Shown: piece by piece, positions 36,143 to 48,991 of the stretch
Layout: every line of letters begins with the position of its first letter
Position numbering within the stretch: the stretch's first letter is position 1
Source: Heteronotia binoei
Lineage: Eukaryota
NCBI RefSeq assembly: GCF_032191835.1
Contig: NC_083233.1
Location: 10,850,001-10,914,000, forward strand
Length of the DNA stretch: 64,000 nt
Direction: 5' to 3'
Notes under the pieces: model-generated
What the model was told of the DNA's origin: nothing
The model's database searches: none
What the model saw: only the letters and a program-made list of their open reading frames with translations
Program-made: the position numbers and the translations under genes

Positions 36143-37787
36143 CTTCCAAGGGAGGATAAAGGAATAGGTTATCTTTAAAAAAAAAACACAAAACTCATAA
36201 AGTTGGAGAACATGGCATGGCAGATGCACAATGCCTGGATGGGAGTTCTCCAGAGAACCCTGTGTGTACGTGCCTAGAGGTCTGTGATGAAAGAAAGCTG
36301 GGGTCTAATGTAATTAGAACTTTTCTAGATTTAAGAGGCCGTTGGACCAAAACAACACTATGACTTCAACAAAACACAACATTCAAAGCGTAGTTTCAAG
36401 TCCAGCAGCACCTCTGAGAACAACGTCTTCAGGGTATAACATTTTTAAAAGTCAACACTCCCTTTAAAGGACTCTTGAAAACTCCCCCCCTTCCCCCCCA
36501 ATCTTGCTGGTCTCCAAAGTGTGCCTGGACTCGAATCTAGCTCTTCTACTGCAGACTAACATGGCCACCCTCTGAAACTATTTTCATTTAAAATCCCCCC
36601 GTTAACAGGAAGGAGGAGGGAGAAGAAAATGCAGCCCGTAGATCTTTTAATAAATACTATCTTGACTAATCTGTGTTTTAAAGCTAGATAATCATTTTTT
36701 ATTTATTTAATGCATGTATTTAGGAGCTTCCGCCTCTCTGTTCTAGGCAGCTAACGGCAGGAATAAAACACTGAAACAAAATAAAAAGGACAAAAGAAAT
36801 AATAAAAACTGATTAAACACAATAAAGCCAATGCAACAACAGTAAAAAATCATCTTCATCTATAAATACAGTCCAGTGGATATTCTCAAGGTGGCTTGCA
36901 ACATAAAAATTTCTTTAGAAAAAAAAAGCTCACAGCATTAAACTCAAGCCTAAAAAAAACAGTTAGTAGTAAAAACCATAGTTCTGCAGTCCCTTTGAAA
37001 CCCAAATCAGTAGAGTGGCGTTAACAAAATCAAACACATCCTTTGCCACAGCTTCCCTCTTATGAGTTCCACAAATGAACTGCCACAGCCGAAACCACCA
37101 CCCAGTTTTCCTCTCAGGAGCAAAGAACCCCAAAGCAGGGCCTTTGAAGAGGGCAGCAGCAATCGAGACAAGCTCAGATGAGCCCAGACAGTCCTTGAGA
37201 TATTCTGGTGCTCGCAATGAGAATTAAGTTTTAGATTCATGTATCACTTGCATATATTTCAGGTCAGGGAAAGCAAATTCCAATCTGAATCTAGGAACGG
37301 AGGAGTCATCGCTTGGGCTAGAAATTGAAAGTCTGCCTCAGGCCGATTGCTTCTGAACCGAGACATTCTGCTACTCCAAAGAGCTAGACAGATGTAAAAA
37401 TCCCATCACCTGCCTGCCTTCGGCTTGTCTGCAGCCAATTCTCCAAAGTATTTTTTTTTTCAAAATTGAAAAGGGGGAGGGGGAGTCTCACCTATCCTTC
37501 TATACTGAGCGTCCTGGATTCAGGACTTGGCATTTTGAGTTGAAAGAATCTAATCTATGGGCAAAGTAGCACTGTTGCCCCCCCCCCACTCCAGACAAAA
37601 GCTTGGATTTATATCCCGCCCTTCCCACCAAGGTGGCTCAGGGCAGCTCACAGCACAAGGCCTCTGTCAGCCTCCGTAAGGCCTCTGTCAGCCTGAAGAC
37701 CTGCTGCCCGGAGAAAATACAGGAACTAGATTTTAAAAACGGGTGGGGACTTCAGAATAAGGCTGTGCCAGATGTCCAGGCCTCAGA

Positions 37788-38230
37788 TTCAGCAGGAGTT
37801 TACAGGAGCACACCTTTCTGATGGTTCCCCTCTTCCTTCCCACCTACCTTGTCCATTGAATAGTAGGTGCAGCTGCATAACAATCCCTGGATGAGGAGAG
37901 CGGGCAGCCAGCCAGTCACCAGGGGCTTTGCCACATCCCCAGCAGCCCACATTAACCCCTGGAGAAGCCCACACCACCCTTTCTCCACTTCTCATGTGAT
38001 TTTGGGTGGCGGGTGGCTTGCTGGCCTTTTGACTGGGAGGACGGCCCAGGAGAACGCCAGGTGAGTGAGGCCTGCTTGGGCTGGCTGGATCTCTAGCCAG
38101 CCCAAGCAGGCCTTGCTTGCCCAGGGCTCTCCTTTCTTGCATCAGGTTGCTTTTGGCTGGGGGGGCAACATATGCTAATGAGTTATGTTAATGAGCTCCA
38201 CCGCCTATTTTTCTACAAAATGATCCCTGC
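37788..38230. mobile_element. MITE or non-autonomous DNA element; related copy at about 56905-57085
   Basis: Shared ttgtccattgaatagtaggtgcagctgcataacaa and gagctccacc.cctatttttctacaaaatga.ccctg. Confidence 0.55.
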
Positions 38231-38635
38231 AGATGTCCATGCATTTTCTATCTGCATATGTTTTCATACAGGGGGAAACCCAGAATCCTGCCTTTGCCCG
38301 ATTCAGACCGGAAGAAAAAAGCCGCAACAATTTGTGGTTGTCCATGTTTTAACTGCTGACTTTAATAGCTTTTAGTAAGAATTGTTTCTATGGCGTTTGA
38401 GGGCTCTGTTCAGTCAGATGCTCACTGCTGCAACTGTATGATTTGTTTTTGCTGATTCTCTATTCTATATTTGACTGGATTCTAGACTTTTTAAAATAGC
38501 ATTTAGAGAGCATGCTTTATTTGCTGTGAAGCACCCTGGGGGGGGGGGCTTTTTAAAGTAGAAAGGCAAAAGAGAAAATGCTGCAAAGAAGCAAACCCAA
38601 ACACAGAATTCACAGGATGATTTACAGTGGCTTAC

Positions 38636-38746
38636 CGAGATCTGTAAGAGAAATTATCGTAGCTGTGATAGTATCTCTTGCCTGGATTGGCATATGCCAT
38701 TTCTGGCCCGACCATGTTGCTTCTGTTTATAAACCGGTCTGCTCCC
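38636..38746 (-). CDS. ALG13: ALG13 exon E10: (R)[36 protein letters not shown](R)
   Basis: acgtag|G...CG|gtaagc; 111 nt, phase 2 to 2. Confidence 0.93.
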
Positions 38747-38834
38747 CTACGTTTCAAAACGATAAAAGAGTGAGGAAAGAGCAATTTTAGACATTGCAAG
38801 GGACCATTTAAGTAGCACTGAAAGCTACACTTCT

Positions 38835-39324
38835 GCAGTTTGGTGTAGTGGTTAAGTGTGCGGACTCTTATCTGGGAGAACCAAGTTTGATTCCCCACTC
38901 CTCCACTTGCACCTGCTGGAATGGCCTTGGGTCAGCTGTAGCTCTGGCAGAGGTTGTCCTTGATAGGGCAGCTGCTGTGAGAGCCCTCTCCAGCCCCACC
39001 CACCTCACAGGGTGTCTGTTGTGGGGGAGGAAGGGAAAGGAGATTGTGAGCCGCTCTGAGACTCTGTCCTTGAAAGGGCAGCTGCTGTGAGAGCCCTCTC
39101 CAGCCCCACCCACCTCACAGGGTGTCTGTTGTGGGGGAGGAAGGGAAAGGAGATTGTGAGCCGCTCTGAGACTCTTCCGAGTGGAGGGCGGGATATAAAT
39201 CCAATATCTTCATCTACCTCACAGGGAGTCTGTTCTGGGGGAGGAAGGTAAAGGAGATTGTGAGTCGCTCTGAGACTCTTCGGAGTGGAGGGCGGGATAT
39301 AAATCTAATATCTTCTTCTTCTTC
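38835..39324 (+). mobile_element. CORE-SINE with duplicated segments, antisense to ALG13
   Basis: Head cagtttggtgtagtggttaagtgtgcggac; three cctcacaggg...gtgggggaggaag units. Confidence 0.85.
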
Positions 39325-39705
39325 TGCAATCACACAAGACATGGAAAGAAACCCTGGGCTGTTGGCCGAGAGCTTGTGCTTCATGGCTTTGAAGATACTC
39401 TGGTGTAATCTCTGAAGCCCAAGATGACCCATGCTTGACCATCCAGTAAGCAGAGGTCAGGGCTTTGGAATTCTGCAAAGCTCTGGGGGTTCAGAGAAAC
39501 CAAACAGACTTGTGGAGAATAAGCCATAATATTCAAACTGGTTCTATTCACACAGTGTATACAAGTTACAGGGATCAGCTTCCAGTATTTATCCTGCTTT
39601 TTCACCCAAAATAGTTTACAAAGCTAATAACTAAAAAAAGTGAGAACTATGAAAAAGCTAAATAAGGACAATTAAATCAAACAGCCATAATAGCAAGATA
39701 ATCAA

Positions 39706-39930
39706 TGGAGGAAGAAGAATTGCAGATTTATACCCCACCCTTCTCTCTGAATCAGAGTCTCAAAGCAGCTCACAATCTCCCATATCTTCTCCCCCCACAA
39801 CAGACACCCTGTGAGGTGGATGGGGCTGAGAGAGCTCTCCCAGAAGCTGCCCTTTCAAGGACAACTCCTGCTATAGCTATGACTGACCCAAGGCCATTCC
39901 AGCAGATGCAAGTGGAGGAGTGGGGAACCA
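39706..39930 (-). mobile_element. CORE-SINE, 5'-truncated
   Basis: Tail and body present, head incomplete. Confidence 0.75.
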
Positions 39931-40724
39931 TGCACTGGTGAAGGAGAGAACAGAAAAGGACATGGCACAGGTGCCTGCCCAGCGGCAGAGTCTTGTGAGT
40001 AAAAATTCTACTTTGTGAGCTACTGGCATTAAAGCTGTGAGCTACTCCATAAATTAGTTTGCTCTGGAGCCTTTTTTCCTGAGCTTAGACAAAAATGTGT
40101 GAGCTGGAGGCTAAAAAACTGTGAGCTCACACTAACTCAGCTTAGAGGGAACATTGCTCCCCAGATAAGACACAACAAGCTGCCAGAGGCCTGTCTCCCA
40201 AAATCAGAAGCACCAAAAGGAGGGCCTGCAATGACTGGCCAGGATTATGAGGGATAAGGCTGCCTAAAACACAACCTCGACCAAGGTAGTTTATTATGCT
40301 GGAAATAAAGGATTATGCAGTGTGCCTTCGTACACAGTATGCCAATGATTTAGAATGAGCAACAGAGCTAGGAAGGGTAGCTCTTCCTTTACCCTTCCCT
40401 CTTGTCTGCTCTGCTGCTCTCTCTTATACCAGAATTCTTCCCTTAGGGGTTCCTTCCTTCCAGCTAACTCCTCCTCTTCCTGCTTTGTCTAACCTCCATG
40501 AGGTCTCTCCAGTTTCTCTCCATCCTAGCTTAGTAGCAAACTACACATTACATTTTTGGAGCTGAGTTGTGTTGGGATTTCCCAAACCCAACTTGTTTTC
40601 CCTGCAATCACACAGAAGTTTTGAGGAAAGGAATTTGTAAAGTCTGCAGGCATCCAATTCTGCTTGGGACTGTGGTGTTTTTCAGAACTGAAATTCTGTA
40701 TCTGAAAAAGCCTAATCCTGACAA

Positions 40725-42240
40725 ATATTTTTATTTTATTTTTGCGAATTTATAGTCCGCCCTTTCCCAAGATGAGCTCAGGGTGGATTACAACACAATA
40801 AAACAGTTAAAAGCACACAATAAAACAGTTAAGAATTAAACAGTTAAAACCATTAAATAAAAATGAAATAAGAAGGTGTCAATGGTATAAACATCATTCA
40901 CAGATTGAGACACAGGATGCAGACAGTGCAAGGAGGTCGATTAGATGGTATGAGGACACCCACCTGCCTCAGCCAAAAGCCTGTCGGAACACCTCCGTTT
41001 TGCAGGCCCTTCAGAATGGTAGAAGATCCGGGAGGGCCTGAATCTCCTTGGGGAGCTGATTCTACCAGGTTGGGGCCAGGGCTGAAAATGTCCTGGAGCT
41101 TTGGGCCAGGGATAGTCAGAAGATATCAGTAGGCCGATCATAATGGCCTCTGGGGCTTGTATGGGGAAAGATGGTCCCGCAGGTATGTAGGTCCCAGGCT
41201 GCGTAAGGCTTTAAAAGTCAGTACTAGAATCTTGAAACAGATCCGGTACTCAATTGGTAGCCAGTGCAGACTGCCTGCCCATACAGGCAGTTCAGTCAAC
41301 AATTGTGCTGCTGCATTCTGCACCCACTGAGGTTCCGGATCACTCCCAAGGGCAAGCCTGTGTAGAGAGAGTTACAGTAATCCAACCTGGAAATGACCGT
41401 TGCATGGATCTCTGTGGCTAGGTCCCGGGGAGCCAGATAGGGGACTAGTTGTTTGACCTGCCGAAGATGGTAAAAGGCAGACTGTGCAACTGCTGTGACC
41501 TGGGCCTCCATAGAAAGGGTGGCATCCAGCATCACACCCAAACTCCTCACCTTCTGAACTGGCACCAGAGGTGCACCATCCAGCGTAGGAAGTTGGATAC
41601 CCGATCTTTGCCCCCCACGGCTCAGATACAGGACCTCCGTCTTGACTGGGTTAAGCTTCAGCCAGCTCAACTGTGTAACCCACCAACCACTGCTTTCAAC
41701 GCCCTGGTCAAATGGATTGGGGTGGAGTCTGAATGGCCATCTATCAACACATAGAGCTGGGTGACAACCCAGCCCCAAACCTCTGGCAATCTGGACAAGG
41801 GAGCGCATATAGATGTTAAACATCATTGGCGAGAGAACAGCTCCCTGCGGAACACCACATTCTAGTGGATAACGCTGGGAGGTCTACTCGCCAATCACCA
41901 CCCTTTGTCCCTAACCACAGAGAAAGGAGGGAAACCACTGTAAGACTACCCCCTGAACTCCAATGTCGGCAAGGTGATGGGTCATTAGATTGGAATAGAC
42001 CGTGTCAAATAAAGTCTAACAGTAGCAGCAGCACTGACCTGCCTTGATCCAGATGCCTTCTAAGGTCATCCGTGAGAGTGACCAAAGCAGTCTCCACCCT
42101 GTGACCAGGATGGAAGCCAGACTGGAAGGGGTCAAGGACAGATGTATCTTCCAGGATACCCCCTGACCCTCACCACCAACTAACTCCCTGAGTAAATGAC
42201 CCCAACAGGGAGCTATTTGCCTGATTTGGGTTTATCCCAA
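40725..42240 (-). mobile_element. L2 LINE, RT C-terminal part and 3' end, degenerate
   Basis: ORF 41296-41826: LKLNPVKTEVL...VRSLGVMLD...SRLDYCNSLYTGLP; ORF 41138-41323: LHWLPIEYRICFKILVLTFKAL. Confidence 0.88.
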
Positions 42241-42637
42241 AACCATCTCCAAAGTTAGGCAATGACTTCCCACTATGACTGTTTCAGCTCAGGGGAAATG
42301 GTGTGGAGGAGAAGGCTGGAGCCTCCCCTCCCCTCAGGCTGCAGTTCTGGGCAGAACTTGTCTCCGGCGGATCTTCAGTGCCTTTTCCTGCAGCTTCTAT
42401 CCCATTCTAAAGCGAGAAGTCTCATGAACTGCATTTCTAAAGCAGCATCTCCCTTTCACAGTGCAAAGCAAACTCCTAACAGTTTAAGGTTTTATCATTC
42501 AAACCCAGGAAGCCAGTGTGAATCTTCCATGGCACAGAGCTCTGGTTAGTCTGACTTGGAACTTAGCAGCGCAGATCACAAACAACTCTTGTGTTGAGAA
42601 CAGAAAGTAGATCTCGTAGACTAACAAGGCTTACCAC

Positions 42638-42872
42638 CTGGGCATTCCGTACCCCCTGCCAGACCTCTGGGGATTCTGAGGGTGGTAATGTTCGTAAGGA
42701 GCCATATGCCCTCCATTTTGAGAGCAATGAATTGGAGTCGATCGTCCTGCTGGAATGCCGTGATGTAGGCGGGGAGGAAGGACGGGCTGACCCCTGCTGT
42801 ACGCCACCGTCATGTAGACTTCTTTCCCACGGACTTTTTTAAACAGCTTCTTCCGTGATTTTATATCCATAT
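42638..42872 (-). CDS. ALG13: ALG13 exon E9: (D)MDIKSRKKLFKKVRGKEVYMTVAYSRGQPVLPPRL...GRGYGMP(R)
   Basis: ttgtag|AT...AG|gtggtaag; 235 nt, phase 1 to 2; an alternative donor 3 nt downstream is possible. Confidence 0.93.
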
Positions 42873-43216
42873 CTACAACGGTAATTAAAGAAGGAAGAAA
42901 AAAGATATTGAAGGGTGGGCAACGCTAGTCCATGACTGTCGATTCTGACGTAATTTTCCAGCCTTTCCCCTGTGCTTATGCACCAGCAAATGTAGCAACT
43001 ACTCAAGGAAGGCCAACATTTTAGAAACAAAAGCCCCTGGAGAAACATCTGGCAAAGCAGTGCATGAATGAAAGCTAAAATATTCACCTTAAAAAGTATG
43101 CGGACTTAGAAAATAATTCCTTGCCTTGACATTCATAACCGAAAGAGTCCGCACCTTAAGTGTCTGAAATAAGATTGTTAAAAAGAGGAAGCAGAGTGAC
43201 TCCTTCAGCGCTCCCT

Positions 43217-43330
43217 CTTACCTGGCAGGGGAGATACTGTGATGATGAAAGTGAAGTTACCAGGGGGAGGCTCATCCGCTGCGCTCTGGGTGTGCTGACC
43301 CCCTTCCATCTCCCCAAATGCGTTGGACTG
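43217..43330 (+). pseudogene. U1 snRNA pseudogene, 3'-truncated, antisense to ALG13
   Basis: cttacctggcaggggagatac...ccaggg.gaggct.atcc...tgtgctgacccc...ccccaaatg aligns with U1 from its 5' end; Sm site and stem-loop IV not recognisable. Confidence 0.85.
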
Positions 43331-43338
43331 CTTTACTG

Positions 43339-43672
43339 TAGGGTTCCCCAACCATCGTAAACCTGCACGCACCTTTGGAATTCTGACGTAGCGTGGTGGA
43401 CACAGCCACGAAATGGCTGCCGCAGGAGGCAGAGCTAGCTACAAAATGGCTGCTGTAGTCACGTGGTGAAGATCCTTGTGCTGTGGTGGCAGCTGCTGCC
43501 GAGCCAACGTTTTTAAACAAATCTGCAGAGCCAGTCAGATCTCTAATGGCCCATCAGAAGCCCTGCTAGGTAATAGCCCCAACTGGCTCCGCCCACTTCC
43601 TAAAGCACTTGTGAGGGAAGGAAACAGAGGGTGCCATGGCATCCATGGAGTCCCCAACCATTGGGGAACCTG
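43339..43672. mobile_element. hAT MITE inserted at the 3' edge of the U1 pseudogene
   Basis: TIRs tagggttccccaa / ttggggaacctg; perfect 8-bp TSD ctttactg; related copies at 46283-46704 and about 53850-54145. Confidence 0.85.
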
Positions 43673-44819
43673 CTTTACTGGTGTTTTTTATTGCTATTTG
43701 TCTTTGGTTTGGTTTTGTGTGAGTCACCGTCCTTGAGTATGTCCAGAGAAGATGACAAATTTGTATACAAAAAATAAAACAAGCCACAAAAGCACCCTTT
43801 CTGAATTATGAAAAACCAAGCCCTTCCACAGCACTGCTTTTGTCTTAGAAGGCATTTTACACATTCAGACGAACCAGCAGATTGGCCTATTTTTACACAC
43901 TGAAGCATTTGTGTGTCAGCTTTCCTATGTGATTTTTGTTTTTAAAAAACAGTAGTTGAAATACCACCCTTGTTGCTACTTCTCGCTCAGGGTACCATCT
44001 TTGTGCTTGGGGAGGGAGACAGGACCCATGTGGCTTTTAAAAAAAAATGTTGCATCTTTACCTCCTGGGGTTTCTGCAGAAGTGTAGGAAGACTGTTCGC
44101 TGCCTTTAGGGAGGTACAGAGGGGAAGAAAGGAATAGCTCAGGAATCCAGAAAAGAGAAATTCTGAAAGAGGAAGTAGGAACAGAGTATGATTGACAGGA
44201 GGGGAGTGTGAGAGGCATAAGACAATACAACCCACCGGGAAAGGAGATATAACAAATACCTCTGAACTACCAACCACATCAGAGAAAGACACTTGGGGTA
44301 GCAGCCGCTGCTGTGCAAGACAAACGTGCAAAATGACTAATACCCCACAAGCCCCTGGACAGCAATCAGCATTCATTGAAGGGTAGCTTTGAATTCGGGA
44401 GTGACAGACATTGAGTCCATATGATGCTGCCTTGTCCACATCTCTTATTATCTTGACATCTAAAGCAACAGATAGATTGTCTCAAGGATTCTAGTTGTGA
44501 ACTCTGACATCATAACCGGGGGGGGGGGAGGGGGAAATGGACTGGGTGGTCATCATCTCCTTAGGTCTTGCATTGATGGAGAAATTGGAACCTGATAGAT
44601 TCTTTGCATCTATCACACACAATTTCTACTACAAAGAACAAACAGCAGAATTTTAAAATAGCACTGGAACTTTCAAGGTTATTTTTTAAAAAAGGATTTG
44701 TAGCATTTGTTAAAACCAAACTCATTTACTTTATTCTATTCCAAGTTCAGACTTGAATTTTGCAGACAGATAACCCCGTTGTACTTCTAGACACAATCTT
44801 TCCTCCACGATGGACCTAC

Positions 44820-44926
44820 CTGATATTTTCTGATAGTTTCCTCCTTTCCGACTAGGAACCACATTCCAAGCAGGCACTGGGGTGACTTGCGTCACAGGCT
44901 TCAAATTCACCAACGGAACAACATGC
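44820..44926 (-). CDS. ALG13: ALG13 exon E8: (K)[35 protein letters not shown]
   Basis: tgatag|G...TCA G|gtaggt; 107 nt, phase 2 to 1. Confidence 0.93.
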
Positions 44927-47242
44927 CTATCAAAAATAAAAATAAATGAGGATTATTTAATGTCCTATTAGACCAACCTTCCACCACAGATGGGGCTCTG
45001 GTTAATATGACCCCAAGACTACCCCTAGGGAGGAAAATTGATTCTAACAGTGAGAATGCAAACTGTTTTTTTTCAGTATTAACTTAAACGAGCTGTAACC
45101 TATAAGATTGCTTGGACAGAAAACACATAGCACTTCATTAAGTTAAATAGCCTGAGAAGAGCTATTAAGCAAGGCATTACATTCATTAAACGCAAGCTAA
45201 TAATAGTAGTTTGATAGTTAATTTCTAAGGAACTGACTGCTTTGGAAATGGGCAGAAGGATCTTCCAGCTTCTTCTGTGAATCCAAAAGTGAAGAAAAGA
45301 CACAGCCTATGACAGTCATTTTATTAAGACCAACAGAATGACACATAAAAGCACTGGCAGTCCCACTAGCTAGATGACCTAGCAACCAAGCTCTGATTTT
45401 TGGAAGGACACCTATCCATGAGGTTTAAATGCAACAGTTACGTTCATCCCTACAAAGCATTGTTTCTACTATTTAACAGGTTTTAGATTTTAAATGCGCA
45501 CATTCTTAATGCTTGTGATTTGATGTGAGCACCATTACCACAGAGTAAAAGTTTTAACAAAACTACTTTCCAAACATGCAGCCCTGCGTTTGACACAGGG
45601 CTTGAAATAATTGGCAAATTTTTCTCCTACAAGAGAGGTCCGGATAAGCTTCTTTTCTGCATCTATACGGGTAATACATTTAGGCACATGATCCACACCA
45701 ACATATCCCATTCCTGAAATTCCACCCTCTGCCCCACTCAAAAGCTGGCAGAAAATTGCACTGGTTTCTGCTACTAAAGCCGTTCAACCCTCTGAGAGAT
45801 GCTGGGTTTGGTAGTGACATATAATTTCAGATTTGTTCACACAATGAAAAAAGACACAATTGTCCCTAGAGGACAGCTTTCTGTTCAGGGCTGTTTTTCG
45901 AGCAGGACCACACAGGAACACAGTTCCGGCTGGCTTGGCATCGGGGGTGTGGCCTAATATGCAAAAGAGTTCCTGATGAGCTTTTTCTTTTCTTTCTGAA
46001 ACAATGGTGACATCAGGGGTGTGTGGCCTAACATGCAAATGAGTTCCTGCTGGGCTTTTTCTACAAAAAAAGTTGTTTCTGTTTATTTACTTCTCACATA
46101 CCCCCTTGCCTTTCTCTTCAGTGGGGATCCAAAGGGGCTTACGTGATTCGCTTCTCTACCATTTTATCTTCACAACACCTCTGTAAGGCAGCTTATGCTC
46201 AGTCTGTGTGACTGGCCCAAGGTCACCCAGAGAGCCTCCAAGGCAGAGTAGGGATTTGAGCCTGTGTTCCCCAGATCCAATCCAGGGGTCCCCAACCTTT
46301 TTGATCATCTGGGCACCTTTGGAATTGCGTCACAACATGGTGGGTGCAGCCACAAAATGGCTGCCACAAAACAGCTGCTGCAGGAAGTGGAGTCAGCCAT
46401 AAAATGGCTGCAACCGCTTCATTTCCGAGTCTGCTTGCAGAGAGGGCGGGATAGAAATTGAACGTAATAAATAACTAAATAAATTTCAGTCACACAGTGA
46501 AGATCCTTGTGCTGTGTTGACAGCTGTTGCCAAAACATCTTCAAAAAATCTCCACAGTCAATCAAATCTCCAATGACCAATCAGAAGCCTTGCTAAACAA
46601 GAGTCCCTCCTGGCCCCACCCACTTTCTTACAACCCTTGGCGGGTGCCAGGAACAGTGTTGGCAAGAAGTATGGTGCCTATGGGCACCACACTGGGGACC
46701 CCCTCTTCAAAGTCAGAACTCTGACCACTAAACTACACAGGCTCTTTCTGTGCTAACACCGCACTGACTTACAGGCCAGTGACATTCTGAACACTTCTGT
46801 GAGCCCACCCCATACTCCCCAACCTTTGGGCATTGCCAGAATGGCACAGGGGCTGCTACAACATGGCTGCTGCCCCCCCTCCTCACATCAGTGACTCTGC
46901 AGGCTTTCAAGCCTGGTGTGGCTCTTCATCTGTAACTGAGAAATTATCAGCTCAATCAAAAAGCACCGAGAGGAAACCAGGCTAGCACTCAGTGCTGGAA
47001 AAGGCCATGTCTGGTGCACCAAAGACATCGTCTTTTCCACCATGTTTGCCTGGTGGAATCAGCTCCCCATGGAGATCCGGGCCCTGCCTGAGCTACTGCC
47101 ATTCCATAGGGCCTGCAAGACAAAGCTATTCCGCCGGGCTGAGGCAGCGGGCGTCCTACTTCAGCTATTACCCTATCACAGTTGGCCTCCCTTGTGGCGA
47201 CATTGTGTCCTACTGCAGTGCTATCCTGCTATTACTACCATC

Positions 47243-48009
47243 TAGGCTTCCCAAACCTCCCGCTCTGGCGGGAGACTTCTGGGTTCGCAGCCTCATCTCC
47301 CGCTCTTCAAAACTCTGGAAGCGGGGGTGGGGGGTGGAGGGGGGGGGAGAACATACCTTTAGGCTTCATGTTGTAGAGCTCCTGAGCCGTTTGCAAAATG
47401 TCTGCCCCTTTAAGGCTGGGCAGGAAGCAGAAAGGGCTTCTGAGAACGGCCCCTCCCTTTCTTTGCTTTCGTTTTCACAGGAAGTAGAGTTGTCCGGAGG
47501 AAGATCTGGTAAGTGTGTGTGTGTGAGAGGGAGGGGGCAGGGGATTCCCTAGTTTGGAGGCCCTCCCCCCCTTTAGAAAGCGTGGGGGGGGGAGGGAAAT
47601 GTCTACTAGGCACTCTATTATTCCCTATGGAGAATGATTCCCATAGGGAATAATAGGAAATTGATCCGTGGGTATTGGGGGCTCTGGGGGGGCTATTTTT
47701 TGAGGTAGAGGCACCAAATTTTTAGTATAGCATCTAGTGCCTCTCCCCAAAATACCCCCCAAGTTTCAAAACGATTGGACCAGAGGGTCCAATTCTATGA
47801 GCCCCAAAATATGGTGCCCCTATCCTTAATTATTTCCTATGGAAGAAAGGCATTTTAAAAGGTGTGCTGTCTCTTTAAATGTGATGGCAAGAACTCCCTT
47901 GGAGTTCAATTATGCTTGTCACATCCTTGTTCTTGGCTCCACCCCCAATGTCTCCTGGCTCCACCCCCAAAGTTCCCAGATTTTTCTTTAATTGGACTTG
48001 GCAACCCTA
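47243..48009. mobile_element. hAT MITE (TAGGGTTGCCAA type) splitting an L2 3' fragment (about 46990-47242 and 48010-48245)
   Basis: taggcttcccaa...ttggcaacccta; TSD ctaccatc/ctgccatc. Confidence 0.75.
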
Positions 48010-48991
48010 CTGCCATCATTTAATCTGGGCCTATAACTGCTTACCTGTATGATGTGCCCTTCCCGCCTGTGGTGCACTTTATTTTTTTTGTTTTATTGTT
48101 CTTACTTGTTTAATTTTAATGTATCATTTTAACTCTGAACTGTAGGTTTTTATTATTGTTATTGTACGTTGTTATCCACCCTGAGCCTGTTTACAGGAAA
48201 AGGTGGAATATAAGCCTACTAAATAAATTAATAAATAAAATAAAATAACGAAGAAGAGAAGAAATCCCTGCAGCAGGCAGCAAGAAGACAATTAGAATAG
48301 TGAGGTAAACACTTTCTCTCCTGTTAAGTGTCCTTCCTTGTCCGCCCCAGATTAGCACTATTAGGGGCAGTTTCCTCCTTCTTCCTGGAAATGCCACATT
48401 CCTTGTCTACACACACTCTCTCTCAGCCTGAGATGTAGTTAGGAATGTGTCTCGGTCTCTACTCTTTCCTATCAAGGATATTAATTTCTAAATAAACCTT
48501 CATCTACTCTTTAATCAGTTGTGCACCCTTGCTGTTAATTACTCTGCCAACAGTCATGACCCCCATCTTAATTGATTCTGACGGGGATGGGGGAGCAGAA
48601 GATACTCTCAACTGGCAAAACAGCTTGAATCATAACATGCTTTGCCAACTTCAAGCAGCTGAACCACAGTCCCAAAGGACTGAACTGGTCAGTAAATAAG
48701 AAGTTTCCCTCCATCTGTATCTAACGTTCAAGAGGACAAGCAGCCACATCAAGTGAATCTGTAAAAACACACAGCGTACTAATTGGGGGTGGGGTGGGGG
48801 CTTGAGTGAAAGAGAAAGAAGCACCATCAAATTGCAGCAGATTTATTGAGACCCCTCATGGGGTTATCAAGGCAAAAGACACAATCCTGGACTTCCTTTG
48901 GTGGTCTCCCATCCAAGTACTAACCAGGATGGACTCTGCTTACCTTCTGCGATCTGACCAGCTGAGCTAGCCTGGGCCATCGAGGTCTGCC

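Noticed and set aside
43217-43330. Functional U1 snRNA gene
   Set aside because: Many substitutions, no recognisable Sm site or stem-loop IV, and a hAT insertion at the 3' edge.
45535-45741. Protein-looking minus-strand ORF as an extra ALG13 exon
   Set aside because: The nearby acceptor gives a stop in the phase required by the E7-E8 intron; no homology recognised.
46992-47552. 186-aa ORF
   Set aside because: Spans an L2 fragment and a MITE junction; no coherent protein.
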